Under the pieces are notes generated by a model, which was not told where the DNA came from, did not search any database, and worked only from the letters and a program-made list of their open reading frames with translations. 64,000 nt of DNA from Escherichia coli (GTDB lineage Bacteria > Pseudomonadota > Gammaproteobacteria > Enterobacterales > Enterobacteriaceae): NCBI RefSeq assembly GCF_044647545.1, contig NZ_CP172818.1; one strand, 5' to 3'. Below are positions 32,596 to 43,801 of this stretch, one piece after another. Both the position numbers and the translations under genes were made by a program. Numbering within the stretch: position 1 is the first letter of the stretch; each line of letters begins with the position of its first letter.

Positions 32596-33357
32596 TCACC
32601 ACATCACTTTTTGTCGCTGTTTGGCGAGATAATTCAACGGTGTCAGGCCGTAAAACGCCTTAAAAACAGAGATAAAGTACGACGTGCTGCTATAGCCACA
32701 TAATTGCGCCACCTGAGTGATATTTTTGTTATCCATCAATAACATCTGTACGGCGTAACGCATACGACACTCTGTGACAATCTGGCTATAGCTGGTATTT
32801 TCGTTTTTTAATTTCTTTTTGAGCAGGCTGGGGCTTAAACATAGCGAACTGGCGACAATTCGCAGATTCCAGTAATGCTGAATATCGCTTTGAATAATGC
32901 GGCAGACGCTGTCGCGGACGCTGCTGCGTAAGATATACATCAGTAGGGCAATAAACCGCGATTGCTCAAGAAAGTTAGACAATACGGTAAAAAGCAATGC
33001 GCGCGTCAACTCCGCTTCGCAGGGTTTGCTGGGTTGCTGCTTGCTGTGGTTGGCGGCTAGCCGGAACACTTCCGGTGTACGGCTATGACAAGCGATAACC
33101 GGGGTTGCCAGCCGCGACCAGGGCTTTATACAGGTTAAGTTCTTATTTAAAAACAACAGATAATCGTTGATGATGTTACGGTTGATGTGGGTGATTAATA
33201 CGTGATTTAACGTTGAGAGTTCAATGACGTTATTGTTGCACGCGAAGGCGGCCAGGTAGTTTTTCGGAAGGGTAAACGTAGCATGGTTATTGACGCTTAC
33301 CTCTACCTCTTTTTCGGTCAGGATCACCACGCAAGGTTCACTGCTGCTCAATTGCAT
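32596..33357 (-). CDS. envY: AraC-family porin thermoregulator EnvY
   Basis: 253-aa ORF with C-terminal AraC helix-turn-helix. Confidence 0.88.
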   Translation of the reverse strand: MQLSSSEPCVVILTEKEVEVSVNNHATFTLPKNYLAAFACNNNVIELSTLNHVLITHINRNIINDYLLFLNKNLTCIKPWSRLATPVIACHSRTPEVFRLAANHSKQQPSKPCEAELTRALLFTVLSNFLEQSRFIALLMYILRSSVRDSVCRIIQSDIQHYWNLRIVASSLCLSPSLLKKKLKNENTSYSQIVTECRMRYAVQMLLMDNKNITQVAQLCGYSSTSYFISVFKAFYGLTPLNYLAKQRQKVMW

Positions 33358-33539
33358 TTCGCACTCCTCAGATATCAGAAACTCCGCTCAAAGGATCTAT
33401 GCTTCCTGCATGAGTGATCGGCCCGTTCGCCGATAACGATCTTCTTTCTTTAGCACGCTTTTTAGCAATTAATCTTGATGGAATTCTGACGAGAGCGAAA
33501 GAGGTAAGCCAGGTCGTACCCGACTTACCTGGAGGAGAT

Positions 33540-34430
33540 TTAATACTCGAGAATGCCGTGCGCGACGGGCAAATAGCGCAGAGAGAAATAGAGCGTGTCT
33601 TTACCGCAAGAGGAACGTTTCGCTAACAGCGAGGCAATTTCTGCGTCCGGTTTCGGTTTCGCTGTAAAGGTTTTGCCTTTGCCGGCGACAAACAGTTCAT
33701 AAACAATGCCGCTTGCTGGGGCGGAGCTTTGGCAATCGGCGCTGGCCTGTAGATAACGTTCACGCTGTTCAGCGGTCAGTTTATCCACGCCGCTGCCATC
33801 CTGTACCCAGACATTAACGCCGGTTGCTTTAACGTGTTCCAGCAGTTGGCGATAGCCATCGGGCGACATGTTTCCGGCGAAAAAACTACTGATATAAACC
33901 GGTTTTGCTGAAACATCGCTAATCAACCGCTGCGCGTTGTTTAACCATGTTAGCAAAGGCTGACGGGCGGCTTCGCTGCGCCAGTTCAGGTCGTCAATTT
34001 CCGCGCTGATGTACCAGCCATCCGGCGTTACGCCAGGTACGGCGCTCCATAATCTGGCTTGCTGGAGATCGGCAGCCAGCAGGCGGTTAAGATAGCTTTC
34101 CAGCGCTGCAGACGACTGTTTCTGGTGCATAAAAAATTCCGGATCGGCATTCAGCCCGACAATCAGCTTCAGGCCAGCCTGTTGCGCAGCTGCGGCACGC
34201 TTAAACAATAACGCGTGCTGTTCTGGCTGGGTGAATGCATCGCCGTAACGAGTCCATTGCAAAACCAGGGTATCGAAGCCTTGCAAACGTAACTGACTCA
34301 TCAGCCCCTGCCACTGGGTATCGGTAACCTGACTATCACGGTTTTGTGGTTGCCAGATAATACCTTTCATCGCAAAGGAAAAAGGGCTGACCAAAAGCAG
34401 TGTCAGCAATACGAAAATGAACTTACGCAT
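33540..34430 (-). CDS. ybcH: secreted DUF4434-family protein YbcH
   Basis: 296-aa ORF with signal peptide; abuts nfrA stop. Confidence 0.8.
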   Translation of the reverse strand: MRKFIFVLLTLLLVSPFSFAMKGIIWQPQNRDSQVTDTQWQGLMSQLRLQGFDTLVLQWTRYGDAFTQPEQHALLFKRAAAAQQAGLKLIVGLNADPEFFMHQKQSSAALESYLNRLLAADLQQARLWSAVPGVTPDGWYISAEIDDLNWRSEAARQPLLTWLNNAQRLISDVSAKPVYISSFFAGNMSPDGYRQLLEHVKATGVNVWVQDGSGVDKLTAEQRERYLQASADCQSSAPASGIVYELFVAGKGKTFTAKPKPDAEIASLLAKRSSCGKDTLYFSLRYLPVAHGILEY

Positions 34431-37403
34431 TTACCAGTGCACTCCAATGGTGAGAAACGCATTGTTGCGCTCTCCGTTACGTTGATTAATCGCCTTAAAG
34501 GTATGTTGATACTCGACGCCGAGACTGACTTTGTGCGGCCAGGCGTCGTAGTGCGTCTCGCCGGTCCAGATATTCCAGCGGACCCCGACACCGCCAAGCT
34601 GCGCGCCCTGAGTGCCTTTATCACGATAGCCGTTGTCCTGAACGTGAGCGTAAGGCTCAATAGTCTGTCCGTTAGCTACCTTCTGATGCCAGCTGACGCG
34701 ATAATCTGCCGTCCACGCCTGAATATCCTGGCGGATATATTGCGCTGCATCGAGGTACAGGTTTTGGGCAAACCAGCCTGAACCGTTCGGGTGCCATTCG
34801 TCGCTGTATTTGCCGCCATTAAAGAATGAGGCGCTGGCGCGCAGCATGGTATCGGATGCGCCATTTTGCCCGTTCAGCGGCAACTGCTGTTCGACGGCGA
34901 GGAAAAAGATCTGATCGCGCAGCGGCTTCCAGCGCAGACCGGTGCCGGACATCGGATTTTTCACCGGCATCATCACCCCGTTTTCTCCAGTATCGGCAAA
35001 TACACGGCTGTAAACCGAGAGCAGGTCGCCTTCCAGCAGCATATTGCGTCCGATGCGATACTCGGCTTCCAGTTGCCCGTAGCTACGATAGCTTTTCCCT
35101 GGCGCTGCGCCGCCGACATTATTGTTAGCGGTACTTATTGCGCCGGAACGCAAGCCGATAGAAGAATCGAAACTGAACGTCCAGCGGCGACCGACCTCCT
35201 CATGCAGACGGCGGAAATTGAAGCGTTGCTGATTTTGCTCTGGGGTCAGTGGGGTTATCAGCGCCTGATTATCAATGTCATCAATCACCAGCCGGGCGTA
35301 GTGCTGCGTCGCAGGCATGTCATCCAGACGCTGGTTCACGTAGGCCAGTTGTCGGATAAGTGCCGGATCGTCCGGTAGCCCTTTATGCGCCTGTTCGAGC
35401 ATTTCCCGCGACTGTGCGATATCACCGCTATCCCACAAGGCGTAACCGAGCGCTGCCTGGGTGTTGCTATTATTCGGTTCCAGTTCCAGCGCGGCGCGCA
35501 AATCACTCACCGCCGCCGGGACATTATGACGTTGGCGATAAATTGTCGCCCGCGCAACGTAAGCGTTGGCAGAAGGCGCAATATTGATTGAGCGCGTGAG
35601 ATCGTTCAGTGCGAGTTCCGGCTGACCAGGAATGTAACGTTGCGCATGCAGCCACCAGTAGAGGGCATTGTTTCCCAGCCCACGTTGTTCTGCCTGCTGA
35701 AGCCAGCGATCGCGAGCCGCACCATTTCCTGCCGCCTGGGCGGTATTGGCAGCAGCAAGCAGATCCTCATTGCTCATGTCGTGAAGACTGATTTTCTGCC
35801 AGGCCGCCAGTGCGGTGGCGTAGTCCTCAACCTGATACGCCTGATAGGCTACCGCACGATGTTGCCAGGCGTTCGGTTGTCGTTGTTCGGCCTGAAGCCA
35901 TGCATACAACGCCACACCGGGTAGCGTGTCCCGATAACACTTTGCCAGACGGTTCCAGGCGGCGGCATCGTAGGAAGGCGACATATCGCCCAGCAAGCGA
36001 ACTATTGCCGGGCAATTATCTGCAATACCCGGCAACTGACTTTGCCACTGACGTTGCTCCGCCAGCGGTAAAGGTTTCGATAAAATCGCCACCTTCGCCG
36101 GCGTTGCCAGGTAAGGATGACTTTCCAGCAGAGACGCCAGTCGCGCCATTAACGTCTGGCTGACACGCGCATCGCCCTGGAAAGGATAGCGTTGCAGCAA
36201 TAAATCGGCAGCTTCGCGTGACTGCTCGTTCTGCATCAGTTGCCAGGTCAGTTGATCCAGGCGGGTAAGATTTGCCGGTTCTTGCTGATACAGCAATCGT
36301 GCCAGACGCAGAGCTTCAGCCTTGTTATGGGTCGCTACGCTAACGGTATAACGCTCCTCAAGCATTTCATTGGCGGGGAGGGTGGCGAGCAGTTTTTGCG
36401 CTGCGTCGTACTGACCTTCTTTTAACAGCACCGGTAGCGTCGCGCCAACAACATACTGGCGGTTATCGGCAAACTGTACCGTATAATTCGCCAACGCCTG
36501 AACGGGGTTGACGCTGTATTTAGATAACAGATAGAGCCAACTTTTCTCTTGTGCGTCCGTGGTAAACAGCGGCTTATTTTCAATGAGATAATGCTGGAGG
36601 CGCGCTTTTTCGCCACGATAAGCCAGCGCGGTCGCGTAAGTAATATATGACTGAGGATCGGTGAAGATCCCCTGTGATTGCAGCGCCAGGATCCGATCAT
36701 CCAGCTGCGCGGCAAGAAGCACGTCAAACCACTGACGGCGTTCTGCCGCGCTTAATGTGTTCTGCTGGCGTGCTTCATTATATAGCGTATCTGCCTGGGA
36801 CCATTGTTTCAGGTAGATTGCGCGTTGCAGCAGATCGGTTCGCAACGTTTTTCCTTCCGGCGATGCAGCAAACGTCGCATCGTTTAGTTGCGCTCTGGCG
36901 ACAGGTAATTGTGCCAGCCGCAGGGCATTCTGCCCGACTTCACTGCGACAACGCAGGGTCGGCGCAGCGTCGCACGCTTTTTGCTGGGCAAGCAGTTCTT
37001 CAACAGTCGTAACGCTTTTCACTTCAACTGGAATAGCCGCCAGACTGCGCTCAAGTCGGGCATCTCCTGGGTGACGTTTCAGTTGATCCTCAAGCAACAG
37101 CCGCGCCCGGTCATCATGACCAAAATGGCGATAGGCTTCCGCAAGGTATAAAGTCAGCGGAATATTATCCGGCACCTGCTGGTGTATATATTCAAATTCG
37201 CGGATGGCGGTTGCTTCGTCGTTATTTTTCTGTGCCTTCAGCGCCTTGTCGAGACGGGGATAAATAACGAAATGGCGATAATCGCTCAGCCCCAGCTCTT
37301 CTGCGCTGGTGCCGATATTGTCTGCGAGTGCGCTGGTACTCAATAAAGACGTCAGCAGTAAACCAGACCATCCGATGACGCGATTAAGGTTATTCTCCTT
37401 CAT
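34431..37403 (-). CDS. nfrA: phage N4 adsorption protein A (TPR-repeat outer-membrane protein)
   Basis: 990 aa from MKENNLNRVIGWSGLLLTSLLSTSALA; overlaps nfrB stop. Confidence 0.9.
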   Translation of the reverse strand: MKENNLNRVIGWSGLLLTSLLSTSALADNIGTSAEELGLSDYRHFVIYPRLDKALKAQKNNDEATAIREFEYIHQQVPDNIPLTLYLAEAYRHFGHDDRARLLLEDQLKRHPGDARLERSLAAIPVEVKSVTTVEELLAQQKACDAAPTLRCRSEVGQNALRLAQLPVARAQLNDATFAASPEGKTLRTDLLQRAIYLKQWSQADTLYNEARQQNTLSAAERRQWFDVLLAAQLDDRILALQSQGIFTDPQSYITYATALAYRGEKARLQHYLIENKPLFTTDAQEKSWLYLLSKYSVNPVQALANYTVQFADNRQYVVGATLPVLLKEGQYDAAQKLLATLPANEMLEERYTVSVATHNKAEALRLARLLYQQEPANLTRLDQLTWQLMQNEQSREAADLLLQRYPFQGDARVSQTLMARLASLLESHPYLATPAKVAILSKPLPLAEQRQWQSQLPGIADNCPAIVRLLGDMSPSYDAAAWNRLAKCYRDTLPGVALYAWLQAEQRQPNAWQHRAVAYQAYQVEDYATALAAWQKISLHDMSNEDLLAAANTAQAAGNGAARDRWLQQAEQRGLGNNALYWWLHAQRYIPGQPELALNDLTRSINIAPSANAYVARATIYRQRHNVPAAVSDLRAALELEPNNSNTQAALGYALWDSGDIAQSREMLEQAHKGLPDDPALIRQLAYVNQRLDDMPATQHYARLVIDDIDNQALITPLTPEQNQQRFNFRRLHEEVGRRWTFSFDSSIGLRSGAISTANNNVGGAAPGKSYRSYGQLEAEYRIGRNMLLEGDLLSVYSRVFADTGENGVMMPVKNPMSGTGLRWKPLRDQIFFLAVEQQLPLNGQNGASDTMLRASASFFNGGKYSDEWHPNGSGWFAQNLYLDAAQYIRQDIQAWTADYRVSWHQKVANGQTIEPYAHVQDNGYRDKGTQGAQLGGVGVRWNIWTGETHYDAWPHKVSLGVEYQHTFKAINQRNGERNNAFLTIGVHW

Positions 37404-39627
37404 TTTCGGACTCCAGTTGCGCAACCTTTTCTGTGTTTAAACCTGCTTTGAGTAATAGTGATTGCATCGAAACTTGTAATTCGCGTTGAATTGTCAGAAC
37501 GCGATCCAACGTTTCCTGGCTGATAACGCCTTCGGTGACCAAAAACTTGCCGAGCGGCAGAGAACTGCGTTCATGGTGCAATAACAACACGTTAATTGCT
37601 GAACGATTAATATGACCGAGCGTGGTCAGTATTTCGGCGAACAGGAACTGATGCGGCACATATTGCCGCCAGATTTCACCGGCCTGCTGTTCCGTGAGCC
37701 ACTGATGCTGAACCGCATTGTACAACATTGCCCGCGGATCGTGACCGCGTCGGCGCGCATACCAGTGGCGTAACCCCGTGACAATTTGTCCCCGCAGAAC
37801 AATGACGTAACGCACTTTGCGTCCGACTTTACGCGTCAGGGCCGCCAGCGAAACCGGGTCAATACCATCTTCACTGCCGACAATTAACTCATCATTTTCC
37901 AGACGCAGCGGCAGCACTGCATAATGCAGCGCCACGGAGGCCGGCATCTCGGCAATCAGTGATGAAGGGATCTGCCAGGCGTCGATCGACTCCCACGCCA
38001 CGCCGTTTTGCTCTGCCAGCGCCTGTGCCAGCTGCTCGGCGCTAATCAGCCCCTGCATCAGCATTGAACCGCCAAGGCGTAGACCTTCGACGCGATTACG
38101 CAGTGCTGTATCGAGTTGTTCTTCAGTGATGACCTGATTTTCCAGCAGAATTTGACCTAACGGGCGCAACGAGCGGGTATCGCCAGTCACGCTGGGGAAG
38201 TCATGCGTTGTTTTATCCCACGCCACGCGACGTGGATCGCCGTGTTGAAGTACCTGTTTTAACGCGCGCCAGTTGGCCATGAAGTTAATCAGGTTGCCCC
38301 AGAAAAGACGCAGGACAGATAGTAGCCCCTGCGTCAGGCCGTAGTAGCCAGTGACGAAAATCACCCGCTGCACGATGCGGTTAACCATCAAGCCAAAGTT
38401 TAGCCACAGCAGGGTCATTAACCATGCGCTGCCGCTGAAAATAGAAAGGAAATGCCAGGCATCGGGCCACAAACTTTCATACGCCAGTAACAGCAAAAGC
38501 TGGATCATCACCAGCATCGCGAGGAAGCTGACAAAGTTACTGATTGCCCCTTTGCGGTCGCGCCAGAGAAAGTAGTTCAGCGTCAGGCTGGAGGTCCATT
38601 TGTGGGTTTTAAAGCCCTGGAAAACAATGCCGATGATCCAGCGAGATTTTTGTCGAACCGCCGTCGAAAAGGTATCGGGGAAATATTCGCGCACGCAGAT
38701 CATGTTTGACGTCCGCGCGTGCTGTAAAAATTTACGCTGCTCGCGTTCTTTGGCTTCGTCCACCACCGGAAAACGGACAAAAATTTCCGTCATACCTTTT
38801 TCTTTCAGGCGGAAACCAATGTCGTAATCTTCAGTAAGACTCTGCACGTCGAAAGCAATACCGTCACCGTCAGCTAACAGTGCGGTCACGGCGCGGCGGC
38901 TGAAACAAGTACCGACACCTGCGCTGGGCACCTGTCCGGCGAGGGCTTCACGCACCGGAACATCTTTGCCATGCAGTTCTGAAAACTCATCAATGTAAGT
39001 CATGCTGGTGAAGTGCGTCCATTCGCGTTCGAATGGGTATACCGGGATCTGAATCAGATCTTTACGCTCGACCAGATAGTTGAACAGACGCAATTCCATC
39101 GGTGAAATTACGTCTTCGGCGTCATGCAGAATAAAACCAGCAAAAGCGAAATTGGCGCTACGCTCAAACTGGGTGATGGCGTCCAGCACGTTGTTCAGGC
39201 AGTCGGCTTTGCTGGTGGGGCCAGGACGCGCGCAGACTACCTTATGCACGTTTGGGAAGCGAGCGCACACTTCGTCAACATCACGCTGAGTATCGGGGTC
39301 GTTGGGGTAGGTGCCAACAAAGATATGATAGTTTTCATAGTCGAGCGTGGTCGCCGCCAGCTCGGCCATATTGCCGATGACGCCCGTTTCATTCCACGCC
39401 GGAACCATAATCGCTAACGGTTTTTCATCTGGTTTATACAGTTCGCGGTAACTCATTCGCGGGTAGCGGCGATAAACACTCAACTTGCGTTTAATGCGGC
39501 GTACCCAGTAGACGACATCAATAAAAAAATCGTCCAGCCCGCTGATGAACATGATGACCGCTAACGTTATCGCGATTACTTTTAAGCCATATAGCCAGGT
39601 TGCAAAAACATCAAGAAGCCAGTCCAC
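37390..39627 (-). CDS. nfrB: phage N4 adsorption protein B (inner-membrane glycosyltransferase family 2)
   Basis: 745-aa ORF with N-terminal transmembrane segments and glycosyltransferase domain. Confidence 0.9.
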   Translation of the reverse strand: MDWLLDVFATWLYGLKVIAITLAVIMFISGLDDFFIDVVYWVRRIKRKLSVYRRYPRMSYRELYKPDEKPLAIMVPAWNETGVIGNMAELAATTLDYENYHIFVGTYPNDPDTQRDVDEVCARFPNVHKVVCARPGPTSKADCLNNVLDAITQFERSANFAFAGFILHDAEDVISPMELRLFNYLVERKDLIQIPVYPFEREWTHFTSMTYIDEFSELHGKDVPVREALAGQVPSAGVGTCFSRRAVTALLADGDGIAFDVQSLTEDYDIGFRLKEKGMTEIFVRFPVVDEAKEREQRKFLQHARTSNMICVREYFPDTFSTAVRQKSRWIIGIVFQGFKTHKWTSSLTLNYFLWRDRKGAISNFVSFLAMLVMIQLLLLLAYESLWPDAWHFLSIFSGSAWLMTLLWLNFGLMVNRIVQRVIFVTGYYGLTQGLLSVLRLFWGNLINFMANWRALKQVLQHGDPRRVAWDKTTHDFPSVTGDTRSLRPLGQILLENQVITEEQLDTALRNRVEGLRLGGSMLMQGLISAEQLAQALAEQNGVAWESIDAWQIPSSLIAEMPASVALHYAVLPLRLENDELIVGSEDGIDPVSLAALTRKVGRKVRYVIVLRGQIVTGLRHWYARRRGHDPRAMLYNAVQHQWLTEQQAGEIWRQYVPHQFLFAEILTTLGHINRSAINVLLLHHERSSLPLGKFLVTEGVISQETLDRVLTIQRELQVSMQSLLLKAGLNTEKVAQLESENEGE

Positions 39628-39776
39628 ACAAAAACCTTACATTAACGCTGGTTATGTTTAGGGTGGCGTATATTAAAGTTTTTTATGAATTGTGACAGCT
39701 TTTTATCATTAATAGGTAGGATTATTGCGGCACGTTATTTTTACACTGGTTATAAAAGTTGCCGATTGCTGAAGGA

Positions 39777-41219
39777 TTAAGCGGGTAGTTTGATCATAAA
39801 CCTTGTTCCCCGCGCATCTGACGTTACTGCAACCGTGCCTTTATGCGCGACAACAATTGATTTCACTATCGCCAGCCCAATGCCGCTACCTTCGCCTTTT
39901 CGCTGGCGGGAAGGATCAACGCGGTAGAAACGGTCAAACAATCGCGGTAAGTGTTCGGGCGCAATGGGCGTACCGGGGTTTTCGACGGAAACTTGCACCT
40001 GGTGATCGACCGTCTGGCAGCGCACAACAATTGCCTCTCCGGGTGGCGTATAACGCAGGGCGTTCGAAAGCAGGTTGCTTAACGCCCGACGCAACATCAG
40101 CGGATCGCCCGCAACCTGACACTCGTCACCAACAAACCGCAACTCCACGCCGCGATCTTCCGCTAACGCCTCGAAAAAATCGAACACTTTGCCGACTTCA
40201 TCCGCCAGGTTGAGCATTTTCTTTTCGGGGATTAACTGGTTGTTATCGGCCTGAGCGAGAAACAGCATATCGCTGACCATTTTCGCCATTCGAGTCAGCT
40301 CTTCGAGATTAGAGTAGAGCACATCTTCCAGCTCCTTCTGACTGCGCGACTGGCTGAGGGCGATTTCCGTTTGCGTTATGAGATTCGTAATCGGCGTGCG
40401 AATTTCGTGAGCGATATCCGCTGAGAAATTGGACTGGCGGGTAAAGACATCCTCGATACGCTCGATCATATGGTTGAACGACAGCACCAGTTGTTCGAGT
40501 TCAATGGGCACGGTCTGTGGATCGAGGCGAACGTCGAGATCTTTCGAGGTAATGTTCTGGATTTGACGGCTGACGCTGCGAATTGGCGCGTGGCCTTTAT
40601 GTACCGCCAGCAGCACGATAAAGACGATCAGGATGCTGATGATCGATGCGGTCATAATAAGTTTATTCATCAAATCATTTATGTAATGAAGATGAAAATC
40701 GATCGAAAGCGCGATGTAGAGCGTATAAATCGGTTTGCCGTCCACCAACGGGCCAACCGGCAAGTTAATCATCCGCCAGTTGCTGTGTTCCATATGCCCG
40801 TGACCGTGGCCTGGCATCATAATCGTCGGGCCGGAAAGGAGATACACCTCGCCACCCTGAGCGTCTTTATCGGGTATGGCGTCACGCGTAAACTCGCGGA
40901 TATCCGGCGCACCGGGGGAGTGATACACCGTTTTGCCGTGGCTATCTGCCAGGGAAATCAACACGTTGGAATAACCACTGACGATATCTTCCAGCGTCAT
41001 TAAGCGTCGGGCTTGCGTCTCGTCAGGATGATTAAGTACCCGTTCAAGGGTGGCGCTAATTTCTTTTAAATCATTAATATCCTGCTCGGCAAAATGCACT
41101 TTCACTGAGTGGATCATGATCCATGCAAAGGCGAAAAACGCCGCGATGGTGGCCAGGCTGATAAAAAAGGTCAGACGGGTTGCCAGCGAAAACGGGCGCT
41201 GAAATGGCTTACTGACCAT
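39777..41219 (-). CDS. cusS: copper/silver-sensing histidine kinase CusS
   Basis: 480 aa from [10 protein letters not shown]; HisKA and HATPase motifs; overlaps cusR. Confidence 0.9.
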
Positions 41220-41892
41220 CCGGCACCTCAAGCATATAGCCCACGCCGCGCACGGTCTGAATCAGCTTCGGCTCAAAGTCGTTGTCGATTTTGCCGCGTA
41301 GCCGCTTCACCGCCACATCAATGGCGTTAGTGTCGCTGTCGAAATTCATGTCCCACACCTGCGAGGCGATAAGCGAGCGGGGCAGCACTTCACCCTGATG
41401 GCGGAGGAAAAACTCCAGCAAAGTAAATTCTTTACTGGTCAACGTGATGCGCGTGCCGCTACGGGTGACTTTGCGGCTGACGAGATCGACCATCAGATCG
41501 GCAACCTGAAACTGACTTTCGATAATCACCGCCGCCCCGCGCCGCAGTAGAGTGCGCACCCGCGCCAGCAGTTCAGCAAAAGCGAACGGCTTAACCAGAT
41601 AGTCATCCGCCCCCAACTCCAGCCCCTTGACGCGATGTTCAATGGTGCCAAGCGCGGTAAGCAACAGAATCGGCATCCCCTTATTGGCGGAACGCAACAT
41701 GCGCACGATATCCCAGCCGTTCACGTCCGGCAGCATAATATCGAGGATTATCAGATCATAATCACCGGTCATCGCCAGATGGTAGCCATTCAGCCCGTTG
41801 TCGGCCAAATCGACCACAAAACCGGCTTCGGTTAACCCTTTGGTCAAGTATTCTCCGGTTTTCTTTTCATCTTCGACAATCAACAGTTTCAT
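41209..41892 (-). CDS. cusR: OmpR-family response regulator CusR
   Basis: 227-aa [19 protein letters not shown]...; receiver plus winged-helix domains. Confidence 0.93.
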
Positions 41893-41957
41893 ATTTCCTC
41901 CGCATGTTGCCCGGGCAATTCTAGAGTAGCGGGATCAGATGGCAATCGCTTATTGGC

Positions 41958-41979
41958 AAAATGACAATTTTGTCATTTT
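41958..41979. promoter_or_regulatory. CusR box palindrome AAAATGACAATTTTGTCATTTT in the cusR-cusC divergent promoter
   Basis: Perfect 22-bp palindrome seen in sequence; matches the known CusR operator. Confidence 0.7.
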
Positions 41980-42048
41980 CCTGTCACCGGAAAATCAGAG
42001 CCTGGCGAGTAAAGTTGGCGGCATAAAATCACCAGAAATTATGAGCCT

Positions 42049-43437
42049 ATGTCTCCTTGTAAACTTCTGCCATTTTGTGTGGCCCTTGCGCTAACCGGTT
42101 GTTCACTGGCACCGGATTATCAGCGTCCGGCAATGCCCGTGCCGCAGCAGTTCTCACTCAGCCAGAACGGCCTGGTTAACGCAGCAGATAACTACCAGAA
42201 CGCGGGCTGGCGCACCTTTTTTGTTGATAATCAGGTGAAGACGCTGATTAGCGAGGCGTTGGTGAATAACCGGGATTTACGCATGGCGGCGCTGAAAGTG
42301 CAGGAGGCACGGGCGCAATATCGTCTGACCGATGCCGACCGCTACCCACAGCTCAATGGCGAGGGCAGCGGCAGCTGGAGCGGTAATCTTAAAGGGAATA
42401 CCGCCACGACACGGGAGTTTTCGACCGGCCTTAACGCCAGCTTTGACCTCGATTTTTTCGGGCGCTTAAAGAACATGAGCGAAGCCGAGCGTCAAAATTA
42501 TTTAGCTACTGAGGAAGCTCAGCGCGCGGTGCATATTCTGCTGGTTTCTAATGTCGCGCAAAGCTATTTCAATCAGCAACTGGCGTATGCGCAAGTGCAA
42601 ATAGCCGAAGAAACGCTGCGTAATTATCAGCAGTCATATGCATTTGTCGAAAAACAACTGTTGACCGGTAGCAGCAATGTTCTGGCGCTAGAACAGGCTC
42701 GCGGGGTGATAGAAAGTACCCGCAGCGACATCGCTAAACGTCAGGGGGAACTGGCGCAGGCGAATAATGCATTGCAACTGTTATTGGGAAGCTACGGCAA
42801 GCTGCCGCAAGCGCAGACAGTAAACAGCGACAGCCTGCAAAGCGTTAAATTACCGGCGGGCTTGTCGTCGCAAATCTTATTGCAGCGCCCTGATATTATG
42901 GAAGCTGAACACGCGTTAATGGCGGCTAATGCCAATATTGGCGCTGCACGCGCGGCATTTTTCCCGTCTATCAGCCTGACCAGCGGAATATCGACCGCCA
43001 GTAGCGATCTGTCGTCATTATTTAACGCCAGCAGCGGGATGTGGAATTTTATACCCAAAATTGAGATCCCCATTTTTAATGCCGGACGCAACCAGGCCAA
43101 TCTGGATATCGCCGAAATTCGCCAGCAGCAGTCGGTGGTGAATTATGAACAGAAAATCCAGAATGCCTTTAAAGAAGTGGCAGATGCGCTGGCATTACGT
43201 CAAAGCCTGAACGATCAAATCAGCGCCCAGCAGCGTTATCTGGCATCGCTGAAAATTACTTTGCAACGGGCGCGGGCATTATATCAGCACGGCGCAGTAA
43301 GTTATCTGGAAGTGCTGGATGCCGAGCGTTCTTTATTTGCAACCCGACAAACTTTACTTGACCTGAATTATGCCCGTCAGGTTAACGAAATTTCTTTATA
43401 TACCGCCTTAGGGGGCGGTTGGCAGCAAAATTTTTAA
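42049..43437 (+). CDS. cusC: outer-membrane efflux lipoprotein CusC
   Basis: 462-aa ORF with lipobox LTGC; OMF family. Confidence 0.9.
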   Translation: MSPCKLLPFCVALALTGCSLAPDYQRPAMPVPQQFSLSQNGLVNAADNYQNAGWRTFFVDNQVKTLISEALVNNRDLRMAALKVQEARAQYRLTDADRYPQLNGEGSGSWSGNLKGNTATTREFSTGLNASFDLDFFGRLKNMSEAERQNYLATEEAQRAVHILLVSNVAQSYFNQQLAYAQVQIAEETLRNYQQSYAFVEKQLLTGSSNVLALEQARGVIESTRSDIAKRQGELAQANNALQLLLGSYGKLPQAQTVNSDSLQSVKLPAGLSSQILLQRPDIMEAEHALMAANANIGAARAAFFPSISLTSGISTASSDLSSLFNASSGMWNFIPKIEIPIFNAGRNQANLDIAEIRQQQSVVNYEQKIQNAFKEVADALALRQSLNDQISAQQRYLASLKITLQRARALYQHGAVSYLEVLDAERSLFATRQTLLDLNYARQVNEISLYTALGGGWQQNF

Positions 43438-43453
43438 CTCCAGGAGAGAATAA

Positions 43454-43786
43454 ATGAAAAAAGCACTGCAAGTCGCGATGTTCAGTCTGTTTACCGTTAT
43501 TGGCTTTAATGCCCAGGCTAACGAACATCATCATGAAACCATGAGCGAAGCACAACCACAGGTTATTAGCGCCACTGGCGTGGTAAAAGGTGTTGATCTG
43601 GAAAGCAAAAAAATCACCATCCATCACGATCCGATTGCTGCCGTGAACTGGCCGGAGATGACCATGCGCTTTACCATCACCCCGCAGACGAAAATGAGCG
43701 AAATTAAAACCGGCGACAAAGTGGCGTTTAATTTTGTCCAGCAGGGCAACCTTTCTTTATTACAGGATATTAAAGTCAGCCAGTAA
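43454..43786 (+). CDS. cusF: periplasmic copper/silver chaperone CusF
   Basis: 110-aa ORF with signal peptide and His/Met-rich metal site. Confidence 0.9.
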   Translation: MKKALQVAMFSLFTVIGFNAQANEHHHETMSEAQPQVISATGVVKGVDLESKKITIHHDPIAAVNWPEMTMRFTITPQTKMSEIKTGDKVAFNFVQQGNLSLLQDIKVSQ

Positions 43787-43801
43787 CCCAGGTTTAATGA
43801 G

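Noticed and set aside
34431-37424. Many 60-170-aa ORFs on the plus strand inside nfrA, and similar ones inside fepA, entF and cusA
   Set aside because: All are embedded antisense or out of frame within large, well-supported genes; Arg/Pro/Ala-rich translations typical of GC-rich antisense frames.
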